The position numbers were made by a program, and so were the translations under genes. A stretch of DNA of 64,000 bases from Candidatus Poribacteria bacterium (lineage in GTDB: Bacteria > Poribacteria > WGA-4E > WGA-3G): positions 2,272,001-2,336,000 of the forward strand of contig CAXXLX010000001.1 in NCBI GenBank assembly GCA_963665235.2, written 5' to 3'. This document shows, in pieces, positions 37,505-47,853 of the stretch (its first letter is position 1; each line of letters opens with the position of its first letter). The notes below the pieces were generated by a model that made no database searches, was not told where the DNA came from, and saw only the letters and a list, made by a program, of their open reading frames with translations.

Positions 37505-39175
37505 ATGTTAGTAGATGATAATCGAGAAGAACATCGGATGATTATTTTTGGCAACGATAGTCGACTTGTCCAAGAACAGCTAATTGCCGAAGATGCCAGA
37601 AAATCTGACAGACTTTTAGAACAGAAAGTTCACGAAGAGTCCTATACCGTGACTCTATATGTGTTACTCAAATATTATGGACTAACCCCCGTGTTCCGTA
37701 TCAAGCCGCGCATTCGGTTCCACCGTTCTAACTACGATAACCTCTCTTCAAGCGCGCCGCTTCAGTACAGTCTTGATGATATCATCCACTTCGCGGAGCT
37801 CAAACGCGGGAGCGATTTGACCGAAAAAATTGACGATGCCAAACTCGCTGCAATACTCGGCGATGCGCCAGCACTCTCCGACATGACTGAAAATGCTGCA
37901 CTCCAACTGGTCTCACAGCGCGATGCCTCCCTACGAAATCCGCCTTTCAAAACTAAAACCAAGGTCTTTGGAAACGTCGAAGGTGCCGGCGGTATTCCGA
38001 TTGGCACATTTCTGGATGCACTCAATCAACCCCAACGCACAGAACAGATTTTTAAAGAATTTACGCGCGGAAGTGCTTTTGCACGAGATTTACGCGACGC
38101 TTTAGAGCCCTATGAAACGTTCGAATTTCAATTCGGGCTCTATTCCCGATACGAACGACGCGATTGCATACTCGCCAGCGATGATGTTGAAATGCGCGGA
38201 AGATACCGCGCCACTTTCGACCCATGGACATCCCTCGGCTACATCCGAACCACCGGCGATACCCAGCAGCAGTTCCAAATCCTCTCTCACGAACGCGGCA
38301 CCCGATGGGAACATAAAATTATGATAGAGGACCTCGACGCAGCAACACTACAGCGACTCGCTACAGAAATTCCTGCACTCCGCAGAGAATACCTCATCGG
38401 CCGCGTCTTATCCAAGAGCCAGACAGCCTTGACTATGTTGGCCTATCTCCGAGAATCACAACTGAACCTACTCCCTGATTTACCAATAGGGTATCAGCTC
38501 AGGTTAGAGGTACCGCTCCCAAGCAAGCGATTTTCAATTATAGAACATCGCAGAAAATTGCACCAACTATTCAACGGCACCAATGCATATCAATTGCATC
38601 CGCACAACGTCGAAATCGTTGAAAAACACCGAAACCTCGCCAAAGGCATCAGAGATGGCATCGTCTGGACGCTCGATAACGTCGACCTCCTCATAGGCGT
38701 ACCCCCCAAATTGGAAAACAGGGACGGGTTTCTTATCATAAAAATGCCCCAACAAAATAGATTCGTCGTCCGCTCAGCCCAAGAACTTCGGGAACGTCTA
38801 CCGAAAAACGGATTTGAAAAATGTTGGAATGAGACGATTGATGAAGGCGGATATACGCTCATCAACCAACCCACAGGCAGATGTTACACTGTGAGTTATG
38901 GACGAAAAGCCACCGGCAGTATTCAGGAAAACAACATCACCGAACAGCAGATAAACCATTATCTCTCTATTGAATACTTGGGCATAGTTCCACCCCGTGC
39001 ACCTGCTTTACACAGCACTTTACCGGAGGAATCTAACCGAAATTTCTTTGACAAACTTTTTAAAAGACAATTTGTGCCATCCTTCTTCAATCAACTGATG
39101 GAAACCGAGGCACAGGTCATTTCCGAAATGAAAACACTTGCACGGTATTGCAAAGAGAAGCTTGCAATACCGTAA
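37505..39175 (+). CDS. Hypothetical protein, putative VTC/CYTH (triphosphate tunnel) fold
   Basis: Ordered motifs REEHR, PRIRF, AELKR, YERR, RATFD, WEHK, LSKS resemble VTC/CYTH. Remote and unverified. Confidence 0.5.
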   Translation: MLVDDNREEHRMIIFGNDSRLVQEQLIAEDARKSDRLLEQKVHEESYTVTLYVLLKYYGLTPVFRIKPRIRFHRSNYDNLSSSAPLQYSLDDIIHFAELKRGSDLTEKIDDAKLAAILGDAPALSDMTENAALQLVSQRDASLRNPPFKTKTKVFGNVEGAGGIPIGTFLDALNQPQRTEQIFKEFTRGSAFARDLRDALEPYETFEFQFGLYSRYERRDCILASDDVEMRGRYRATFDPWTSLGYIRTTGDTQQQFQILSHERGTRWEHKIMIEDLDAATLQRLATEIPALRREYLIGRVLSKSQTALTMLAYLRESQLNLLPDLPIGYQLRLEVPLPSKRFSIIEHRRKLHQLFNGTNAYQLHPHNVEIVEKHRNLAKGIRDGIVWTLDNVDLLIGVPPKLENRDGFLIIKMPQQNRFVVRSAQELRERLPKNGFEKCWNETIDEGGYTLINQPTGRCYTVSYGRKATGSIQENNITEQQINHYLSIEYLGIVPPRAPALHSTLPEESNRNFFDKLFKRQFVPSFFNQLMETEAQVISEMKTLARYCKEKLAIP

Positions 39176-39310
39176 TCGGAGGAGCAAACTTCGGTGCGCG
39201 TCGGGCGGGGAAACCCCGCCCCTACGCATAAATCGACATAATGTCTACTCTATTAACACAAACACGATTAAAGGTAGCAGGCGCGCTCCGCCGTGCCGAC
39301 ACAAATAAAC

Positions 39311-40753
39311 ATGAGAAAAAGCAATTCACGCCGCATTATCGGCACTTCGACAGCAATAGAAAAAATTCGTCGCCTCATACAGCAGGTCGCCCCCACAAAC
39401 GCAACTGTCCTTATTACAGGTGAAACCGGTGTCGGTAAAGATGTAATTGCACAGGCTATCCATGATAGCAGCTCGCGAAAAGACAACCCCTTTAAAGCGG
39501 TTAACTGCGGAGCGTTTTACCAAGACCTCCTCCAAAGTGAACTTTTCGGACATGAAAAGGGCGCGTTTACCGGGGCAGTAAATCTACGACGCGGCGTGTT
39601 TGAACAGGCAGATGGCGGCACGTTGTTCTTAGATGAGGTGGGAGAAATGTCCCCCGAGGTCCAAGTGAAGTTTCTCCGCGTGCTCGATAAGCAGGAATTC
39701 ACACGCCTTGGCGGAGATAAAGACATAAAAGTCGATGTGCGGATTGTCGCCGCTACAAATGTTGACCTCAGAATCGCCGTAGAGCAGAAGAAATTCAGAC
39801 AAGACCTATATTACCGACTCAACCTCTTTCGTATCCACGTCCCACCGCTTCGCGAAAGACGAGAGGATATCCCTATCTTCGTCGATGCTTTCATCAAGGA
39901 ATTAAGTAAGCAACACGGTAAAATCATCGACAGCATAGCACCGGATGCCCTTAATTATCTCGAAAATGCTGACTGGCCCGGCAACGTCCGTGAGCTGAAA
40001 AATGCAGTTGAAACCGCTATCATCTTAGCCAAAACCGAAGAATTGGCATTGCAAGATTTCCCTGAACCTGAAAATAGGATGTTACCTGTGCTTGTAGGTG
40101 ATTACGGCACTCCACTTGCAAAGGAAATTCATCAACAAATAGGTGAATTTGTCCCCACACAAATTCACCCGCGTGAACCTGACACAGTCCCAGCAGGTTT
40201 GGAAAGTCCTGAAGATGTAGCCATCTACAACACTATTGCAGGACTTATCCTATCCGCAATCCGATTACTTGCACCAGCAGCACTTGCAACACGAAACGGT
40301 GAAGTACCATCCCTAATTCCGGATGATGATACAAGTTGGATGCAGGCAGTAACGGATATGGACGCGGAAGTGGACTCAGCGGTTATCCTTGAAAAAGCAT
40401 TAAAGGTGATTTCAACCATTATCAAAATGCTGAAACTTCCGACAGACGCAGGGCTGGTCCCATTGCCTATCCCTGATAACGAACAGGCTACGACACCAAC
40501 CGTAGTACCGCAAGCGGAAGTGGTCAGCCCCAAACCGAATATTGACGCGGATGCTATCGGCAGAGTTGGCATGACAATGGCAGAAATTGAGAAAGCGGCG
40601 ATTGAGAAAACCCTCACAGAGACAGAAGGCAATAAGACAGAAGCAGCAAAAATTTTAGGCATCGGCGTGCGAACCCTACACCGAAAATTGGATACGTACG
40701 AACGGGAAGCTAACAAGATGCAGGATACGACTGAATCCGGAATAGAAAATTAA
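39311..40753 (+). CDS. sigma54-dependent enhancer-binding protein (AAA+ and Fis HTH, no N-terminal sensor)
   Basis: GETGVGKD, ELFGHEKGAFTGA, LDEVGE, WPGNVREL, C-terminal GNKTEAAKILGIG HTH. Confidence 0.92.
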   Translation: MRKSNSRRIIGTSTAIEKIRRLIQQVAPTNATVLITGETGVGKDVIAQAIHDSSSRKDNPFKAVNCGAFYQDLLQSELFGHEKGAFTGAVNLRRGVFEQADGGTLFLDEVGEMSPEVQVKFLRVLDKQEFTRLGGDKDIKVDVRIVAATNVDLRIAVEQKKFRQDLYYRLNLFRIHVPPLRERREDIPIFVDAFIKELSKQHGKIIDSIAPDALNYLENADWPGNVRELKNAVETAIILAKTEELALQDFPEPENRMLPVLVGDYGTPLAKEIHQQIGEFVPTQIHPREPDTVPAGLESPEDVAIYNTIAGLILSAIRLLAPAALATRNGEVPSLIPDDDTSWMQAVTDMDAEVDSAVILEKALKVISTIIKMLKLPTDAGLVPLPIPDNEQATTPTVVPQAEVVSPKPNIDADAIGRVGMTMAEIEKAAIEKTLTETEGNKTEAAKILGIGVRTLHRKLDTYEREANKMQDTTESGIEN

Positions 40754-41101
40754 AGGGGCTTCGGTCTGATCATCTGATTGGGGGTGCGTAAAGTTTTTGG
40801 AGACCCAAAGAATAGATAGAGGTCTGGAGGCGTGGAAATCCAAAATGACGGGTTCGTTTTTTGGATGTATGCCCCCGTTATAGGCCCCGCCTAAGTTTCG
40901 ACCCCAAATAGCACTACGTCATTTTAGAAACGGCGGAGAACTATAGGGTAAATTGAAACATAAGTACAAAATGTTTACACACCCTCTGATTGGTCCTATT
41001 TGACATTTTTAAGATTATGTGGTATTTTTAAAAAGAAAGAAAAATCTTAGAGACAACATGTCATTCAAATTTTGAAATCCACGGAGGAGAATAGAAATTT
41101 C

Positions 41102-42307
41102 ATGAAAAACTTCTTAATCATACCACTGATTATCGCCCTATTCGTCAGTTTCGGTTGTGGTACGGAACGGAAAGGTCCCACCCATCTGTCGGTAGGGAAA
41201 GATAAACTGATTAATAGCGGGCTGGCTTTCGAAGCCGTTAAACTTCTCAAGAAGGCGGAACAGGAGGAGGCGGATAAAATAGAATCGCGCGCCTTGCTTA
41301 TTATAGCATATTCACACGGACTGGCGACAGGAGACGCAAGACAACAAGGCGTTGAAGCTGAATTCAAAAACCAAAAAGCCAAACGGATTAGGGAACTGAC
41401 AGAGATAGAGATGCGAAAAATGCTTGAAGTGCTCAAAACCCCCTCGCGCGTCCAAAAAAATGGACTACAGGCATTGGTAGAGAAGGGCCCAGATGCTGCC
41501 GTTCTGCTGGTAGATAGCCTCGCTAAAGGACGGTATCCAAAAATTCACACCGATTTTTACAAAATGCTAGGCGATATTGGCTCCAAAGCGATTGAACCGA
41601 TTTTAAAGCAGGTCGCCGACGTAACTACACCGCCTACGGTTCAAATTAAACTCATTCGCGTTATTGGCGATATCGGCGATAAAAAAGCAATTGAACCGTT
41701 AAAAGCTTTACACATCGAAAATATGGACGCTGCGCTGAAAATGGAAATTAACACAACACTTTACCGACTCGGCGAGAAAAACTATAAAACCGTTATTCTC
41801 AAAGGCTTGCAAGCCGACGAGCTGACAGTCCGACGCGCCGCAGCAAAAGCCATGGCCAACCTCAGCAACGTCCCAGCAAAAACCCTCATCGCAGGACTTC
41901 AGGACAGTGATACAACCGTCGTCACTGACATCGCAATAGCCTTAGAAAAACACAAAACCAAGGATGCAGTCAACCCATTGGTGGACATTCTCACCAGTGA
42001 CCATGGCGAAGCAGCAAAAAAGGCCGCCCTAAATACCCTTACCGTTTACGTCGATAACAAACTCACCAAAGGGTTAGGGTTAGCGAGCCGCATTTCACAG
42101 CTGATTATCGACCAAAAAGTTAGCGATGCCAATGACCGGTTGCGACTTATCAAATTTCTTAAGCACCCGGCGATGCTGAGGCAGCTGAGAATCGCAAAAT
42201 TACAAAGCGATGACCCAAGCTACAAACTCTATGAGTACACCCGAGACGTTGAGACTAATGACCTAGTCAAAACCGCATTGAATGAACTCATCGACCGCAT
42301 CAAATAA
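41102..42307 (+). CDS. HEAT-repeat lipoprotein
   Basis: Lipobox SFGC; HEAT-like repeats (VRRAAAKAM, AVNPLVDIL). Confidence 0.8.
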   Translation: MKNFLIIPLIIALFVSFGCGTERKGPTHLSVGKDKLINSGLAFEAVKLLKKAEQEEADKIESRALLIIAYSHGLATGDARQQGVEAEFKNQKAKRIRELTEIEMRKMLEVLKTPSRVQKNGLQALVEKGPDAAVLLVDSLAKGRYPKIHTDFYKMLGDIGSKAIEPILKQVADVTTPPTVQIKLIRVIGDIGDKKAIEPLKALHIENMDAALKMEINTTLYRLGEKNYKTVILKGLQADELTVRRAAAKAMANLSNVPAKTLIAGLQDSDTTVVTDIAIALEKHKTKDAVNPLVDILTSDHGEAAKKAALNTLTVYVDNKLTKGLGLASRISQLIIDQKVSDANDRLRLIKFLKHPAMLRQLRIAKLQSDDPSYKLYEYTRDVETNDLVKTALNELIDRIK

Positions 42308-42563
42308 AGGCAGACTTGTAGAGCGGGATAATCGTAAAACTTAGCACCCGACTACGAAACACAGACAAACCCGGCGAAAGCAGAAACGGACGATGTCAAT
42401 TAATTTAATTTTAAAAATGTCTTGACACAAAAACGGATCTGTTTTATCATAATTTCTAAATTCTAAACTTCCCTCGGTTTGCGGGGGACAAATCCTTAGC
42501 CCCAACACGGCTAAATTTCGCATTTATACTGAATTGACAGACATAGGAGAAGACGAACGGGAC

Positions 42564-43760
42564 ATGAAAAAACTTTTTTTAACGATATGCCTAATCGGAC
42601 TATGGGTTGTGTCGTTTGGATGTAACCAGGACCAGGTCATTTCCCAACTTGAAGTTGGCAAAGGCAAACTACTCGGTATGGGGCTCTCAATTGAAGCCGT
42701 TAATCACCTCAAACGAGCCGAACAGGAAGAGGTAAATAAGGTAGAACCTCGGGCTCTACTACTCATTGCCTATAGCAACGCCCTTTCAACCGACATGGCA
42801 AAAAGCTATAACCTCGAAGCGGAATACCGAAGCGAACGCACCCGACGAATTGACGAATTGAGTAAAACAGAGATAAAGAAAATTCTTCAAATTCTCAATG
42901 AACGCCACCGCATCCAAAAGGATGCCATACAAATTCTAATCGACAAAGGCGAAGACGCTATTCCACTCATCTTGGAAGCACTCCACAAAACCAGCTATAA
43001 AGACCTAGAACCGACACTCCTAGAAATTCTACGGCAAATCGGCTCTAAAGGACTCGACCAACTCTTTGCCGCAATTAGTGACACACAAACATCGCCCATC
43101 GTTAGAATTAATTTAATTCGCGTTATCGGCGCAATCGGCGATACGATAGCTGTCAAACAACTTGAATCGCTTCAACAGGCAATGTCCGATGCAATTGTGA
43201 ATGTAGAACTGAACGCCGCGCTCTATAAACTCGGAAAGGAAACGGTCAAAACCGAAATCCTCCAAGGGTTAAGCGCAAAACACGCCGAGGTACGACAAGC
43301 CGCAGCAAATGCTATGAACGAACTTAACGAAGTGCATACAGCAATCTTAATCCAGATGCTACAGGACCCAAATGACACTGTCCGCATGAACATCGCTAAA
43401 GCACTCCAAAAACATTGTGATGCAGAGGCTGTCAACCCACTCGTTAAAACCCTTTACAATGACTCAAGTTGGCACACAAAGAAAATTGCTAGCGAAACCT
43501 TAAAACTTTATGCCGAAAAGGGACTCGCAGATAAACTCGCCAATCAACTCATCGCGATGCTGATAGCACAACAAATCGCTGAATATGAGGACCGACTCCG
43601 TATCGTTCAACTCCTCAGAAAGCCAGTAGTGCTAAAACAGATTCAAGCTGCAGACCCTTATGACAATCTGCCACATAAACTGGACGATTACTACAGAACC
43701 CAGGAAACCAACACGATGGTCAAGGAAGAACTTAGCAACCTTCTCCTCAAACTTGAATAG
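42564..43760 (+). CDS. HEAT-repeat lipoprotein (tandem paralog)
   Basis: Lipobox SFGC; colinear similarity to the previous gene (VGKxKL, EAVxxLKxAEQEE, RALLxIAYS). Confidence 0.8.
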   Translation: MKKLFLTICLIGLWVVSFGCNQDQVISQLEVGKGKLLGMGLSIEAVNHLKRAEQEEVNKVEPRALLLIAYSNALSTDMAKSYNLEAEYRSERTRRIDELSKTEIKKILQILNERHRIQKDAIQILIDKGEDAIPLILEALHKTSYKDLEPTLLEILRQIGSKGLDQLFAAISDTQTSPIVRINLIRVIGAIGDTIAVKQLESLQQAMSDAIVNVELNAALYKLGKETVKTEILQGLSAKHAEVRQAAANAMNELNEVHTAILIQMLQDPNDTVRMNIAKALQKHCDAEAVNPLVKTLYNDSSWHTKKIASETLKLYAEKGLADKLANQLIAMLIAQQIAEYEDRLRIVQLLRKPVVLKQIQAADPYDNLPHKLDDYYRTQETNTMVKEELSNLLLKLE

Positions 43761-43817
43761 AATGGGAGCACGAACCTTCGGAGAATGCCTACTCCCTTCA
43801 CAAAAGGATGTAAGTCT

Positions 43818-44989
43818 ATGTTAAACTATCCAGACGACATCAGGATTACCAAAATTGAGCAGGTCACAATAGAAATCGACCAGCCCGCCATCGGTTGCAA
43901 CTCGGGAGCTAAAGAAATCCGACAACCGGACCCCAACGGAAAATGGCGCGAACGCATTACCCGCATCTATACCGACGATGGCACGCTCGGCTGGGGACCA
44001 ACAAGCTGGGGCACCACCACCCCAGAGGAGGCACAAGGCGCACTCAATAAAAACCCTTTCGACCTCTTAACACCTGAAACCGGGGTCGTCACTGAATTTC
44101 GAGGACTTAAAGTGCTTTATGGGACACTATCGGAAAAATAGTAGGGAAACCTGCCTATCAACTCATCGGAACCGAGGTATATGACGAACCGCTGCGTGCT
44201 TACGACAGCACTATCTATTTCAATGACCTCCTTTATGAGACGAAAGCGGAAGGACTCAAACGGATTGAAGACGATGTTAAAAGCAGCCTCGCCAACGGGT
44301 TTGTCGCCTGCAAGATGAAAATCGGACGCGGAAATCACCTCATGGAACGCACAGCCGGACTACACCGAGACATAGAACTCGTCCGACTGGCACGCGCCAC
44401 TGCCGGAGAAACGTTCAATATCCTCGTCGATGCCAACAACGCATACACCTACGACGAAACCATCACCTTCCTTAACGAAACAAGCGACTGCAACGTCTTT
44501 TGGATTGAGGAAATGTTCGAAGAAGAGGTCGAACTATACCGTAACCTGAAAACCTTTATCCAGGAGAACGGGCTAAAAACACTAATTGCCGATGGTGAAA
44601 CCCGGACCCGAGCCCCGCTCGAATTCTACGACCCCTTTTTCGAAGCAGGTGTACTTGATGTCATACAGCACGATATGAAGGGACTCGGCGTTACCGGATG
44701 GCGACACCTCTCCGAAATGGCAGCCGCCCACAAGGTCCACTGCGCCCCACATAACTGGGGCTCGCTGCTCGGATTCTATCTCAGCCTCCAATTCGGCAAA
44801 ACCATCCCGCATTTCCTTTATGGCGAAGTCGCAACACTTAATAGCGATGTCGTCGATACATCCGCTTACGGTTTTACCGATGGACACTTCACAGTACCGG
44901 ATTTGCCCGGCCTCGGTTTGGAATTGAATAAAACCGTTTACGATGCCCGATACGCAGGCAATGAAGATTGGACAATTGAAAACGATTAG
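43818..44989 (+). pseudogene. Mandelate racemase / enolase superfamily protein, frameshifted
   Basis: Frame changes near 44105-44111. The second frame reads SALWDTIGK..GKPAYQLIG...KMKIG...VDAN...WIEE...ADGE...APHNW. Confidence 0.8.
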
Positions 44990-45072
44990 ACACCCCACGG
45001 ATTCCCGTTTCTGAGGAAATATACACATCTATAATCTGTCCAACTAAATGGCCCTAGTGCAGGAATAGATAT

Positions 45073-46224
45073 ATGGCGAAAGACGATTTTCAGGAAAAAA
45101 TCCTTAGCAAACCGCAAGGAAATATCAAAATTTTAGTTGCAATGAGTGGCGGTGTTGACAGCTCCGTCACTGCCGCGATGATGGTCGAAGCAGGATACGA
45201 CGTTACAGGTATCACCATGCGCCTCGGCGCACCGGATACAATTGAGGTCGAACCCGAAAGACCCAACTGTTGCTCCCTCGAAGGCATTGAGGACGCACGG
45301 CGCGTCGCCACGCAACTCAATATTCCTTTTTACGGTGTCAACTACGAGGATATTTTTCAAGAACAGATTATCGACTATTTTGTCGCAGAATACCTCGACG
45401 GCCGGACACCAAGCCCATGTATGGTATGTAACCGAGAACTCAAATTTGGCAGACTTCTCGACCTTGCCAAAACATTGGAGTGTGAGGCCATCGCCACTGG
45501 ACATTATGCGCGCGTTGAGCAACATCCAGAAACGGGACGTTATCTCCTACGCAAAGCACTCGATATTAGCAAAGACCAATCCTATTTCCTCGCCGGGCTT
45601 ACCCAAGAGCAATTACAACGTGCCATGATGCCCCTCGGTGAATACACAAAAGCCGAAGTCCGAGACCTTGCACGAAAGTACCAATTACGCACCGCCGAAA
45701 AGATTGAAAGCCAAGAGCTCTGTTTCGTCGCCGATACCAACTATAGACGTTTCCTCAAAGACAGAGTCCCTGAGAAAATTCAGGGCGGCGATATTGTAGA
45801 CGAAAAAGGCAACGTCCTTGGTAAACATGATGGGGTACCATTTTATACCATCGGACAGCGGCGCGGGCTCGGCATTGCAGTCGGAAAACCGCTTTATGTG
45901 ACAAAACTCAACGCAGCTGAAAACACTGTCACCGTAGGTGACCCGGATGACCTATTAGATGATACCATGTACGTTGAACGTCTCAACCTCATCGCGATAG
46001 AGAAATTGACGGAGCCAATTCGGGCGCATGTCAAAATCCGTTCCAGGGATGTAGGCGGGCCCGCAACAATCGCGCCTATCGGCGACACAGAGGCACTCGT
46101 CACTTTTGATGAACCGCGCCGCGCAATCACCCCCGGACAAGCCACCGTCTTTTACGATGGCGAATACGTCCTCGGCGGCGGTTGGATTGTAGGGGCACGC
46201 GATTTAGAAGCAGCCCCCAAATAG
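45073..46224 (+). CDS. mnmA: tRNA 2-thiouridine synthase
   Basis: AMSGGVDSS, TPSPCMVCN, ATGHYA, KDQSYFL, TPGQATVFY. Confidence 0.96.
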   Translation: MAKDDFQEKILSKPQGNIKILVAMSGGVDSSVTAAMMVEAGYDVTGITMRLGAPDTIEVEPERPNCCSLEGIEDARRVATQLNIPFYGVNYEDIFQEQIIDYFVAEYLDGRTPSPCMVCNRELKFGRLLDLAKTLECEAIATGHYARVEQHPETGRYLLRKALDISKDQSYFLAGLTQEQLQRAMMPLGEYTKAEVRDLARKYQLRTAEKIESQELCFVADTNYRRFLKDRVPEKIQGGDIVDEKGNVLGKHDGVPFYTIGQRRGLGIAVGKPLYVTKLNAAENTVTVGDPDDLLDDTMYVERLNLIAIEKLTEPIRAHVKIRSRDVGGPATIAPIGDTEALVTFDEPRRAITPGQATVFYDGEYVLGGGWIVGARDLEAAPK

Positions 46225-46237
46225 GAGGACAATCCGA

Positions 46238-46849
46238 ATGCAAGAAAACCCATATAACACGGTCGGAAACCTACCGGAGCTGCCTAACGCTGAAAACTTC
46301 AACAAAGTGCTCAAACGGTATCTGATAAAATTCGGCATTGTGTACACAATTTTAATATGCTTAATATCCACCATTGCTGTTTGCATCACCGAACCCAAGT
46401 GGCAATTTTCACAGTGGCTTATCTCCCTGTTTCTGGACACAGGCGCGCTGTTCGATGGTAAAACGATAAGTTACGGGGTATTTTCTATAGGTATGAACCT
46501 CCATGGCATTATCGTTGCCTGTATAAATGGAATTGGAGCATTTGCTTTCGGTATGCTCACTTGCGGAATTATTACTATCGGTCTAATTGCAGGAGGTGTT
46601 GTTGCTATTGGAGGCAATGTAGTTGGTATTATTGCTATCGGTCTAAATGCTGTGGGAGTTGTTGCTATTGGGTGCAATGCAGTGGGTATTATTGCTATTG
46701 GATACAACGCCTGTGGTGTCTACACGTTCTCTTACTCACAGAGAAGCAGAGGCAAATATCTATTTGCACCGCACCGCCAAGATGCCAAAGCGGTTGTCTT
46801 CTTTACAAAGTGGTTTCCGAAATTGATTAAATCGCCACCTACGGAATAA
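46238..46849 (+). CDS. Hypothetical membrane protein with Gly-rich 10-aa repeats
   Basis: AGGAGG RBS; (GxxAIGxNAV)n repeats; TM segments. Confidence 0.7.
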   Translation: MQENPYNTVGNLPELPNAENFNKVLKRYLIKFGIVYTILICLISTIAVCITEPKWQFSQWLISLFLDTGALFDGKTISYGVFSIGMNLHGIIVACINGIGAFAFGMLTCGIITIGLIAGGVVAIGGNVVGIIAIGLNAVGVVAIGCNAVGIIAIGYNACGVYTFSYSQRSRGKYLFAPHRQDAKAVVFFTKWFPKLIKSPPTE

Positions 46850-46870
46850 TAGCACGTAAGGCACAAAAAA

Positions 46871-47791
46871 ATGAAGTCAAAACTCCTCTGCCTCCTCGGG
46901 CCTACAGCAGTCGGTAAAACAGAGATAGCGATTCAACTTGCACAACGGCTTAACGCTGAAATTGTCTCCGTCGATTCTCGCCAAATCTATCGGCAGATGG
47001 ACATCGGCACAGCGAAGCCTACTGCTGAAGAACAGCAAGCTGCGCGGCACCACCTCATAGATTGTGTTGACATAGACCAACCCTTCTCCGTTGCTGACTA
47101 TCAACGGTTGGCGGACACCGCGATTGCCAACATCCAAAGTAGAAACAAGCAGGTTTTGCTTGTTGGCGGTGCCGGGCTCTATTTTCGCGCAATCGTCGAC
47201 GGTTTGTTTGAGGGACCGGGGGCTGATACCACCCTCCGAAAACGGCTTGAGCAGGAAGCAGCACAACACGGTGTCCATGTCCTTCACGACCGCCTCCGCG
47301 ACTGTGACCCCGTATCTGCTGACCGAATTCATCCAAACAATGTCGTTCGCGTCGTCCGTGCCTTGGAGGTCTACGAATTGACAGGCGTTCCGATGTCTCA
47401 ACACCAGCAGGAGTGGCATCAGGAGAAACAACGTTATCCGTTTACCGCCTTTGGGTTAACAATGCCACGCGAGCAGCTTTACCAACGCATAGAACGCCGC
47501 GTAGATGTAATGCTTGAAAAAGGGTTGATAGCAGAGGTTGAATCGTTGCTCAAAGCGGGATATGCACGGGATACCACCGCTCTCCAAAGTTTTGGTTACA
47601 AAGAATTAATTGCATATATAGATGGAAACTGTACATATCCTGAGGCGGTTTCGCAATTGAAGCAAAACACACGACGGTTCGCTAAACGGCAGCTGACGTG
47701 GTTCCGCAAAGACAACCGTATTGCCTGGCTTGAGCGGACATCAACACCGGATGTTGTTACAGCACTGTTAGAGAAAATTGGGAAGGCTTAA
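46871..47791 (+). CDS. miaA: tRNA dimethylallyltransferase
   Basis: GPTAVGKT, DSRQIY..MDIGTAKP, AKRQLTWF. Confidence 0.96.
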   Translation: MKSKLLCLLGPTAVGKTEIAIQLAQRLNAEIVSVDSRQIYRQMDIGTAKPTAEEQQAARHHLIDCVDIDQPFSVADYQRLADTAIANIQSRNKQVLLVGGAGLYFRAIVDGLFEGPGADTTLRKRLEQEAAQHGVHVLHDRLRDCDPVSADRIHPNNVVRVVRALEVYELTGVPMSQHQQEWHQEKQRYPFTAFGLTMPREQLYQRIERRVDVMLEKGLIAEVESLLKAGYARDTTALQSFGYKELIAYIDGNCTYPEAVSQLKQNTRRFAKRQLTWFRKDNRIAWLERTSTPDVVTALLEKIGKA

Positions 47792-47853
47792 TTTCTCTTA
47801 CAGAGGTTTTCGGGTGAGAGACATTAAGCCTTCATAAAAACACTTTGTGAGGC

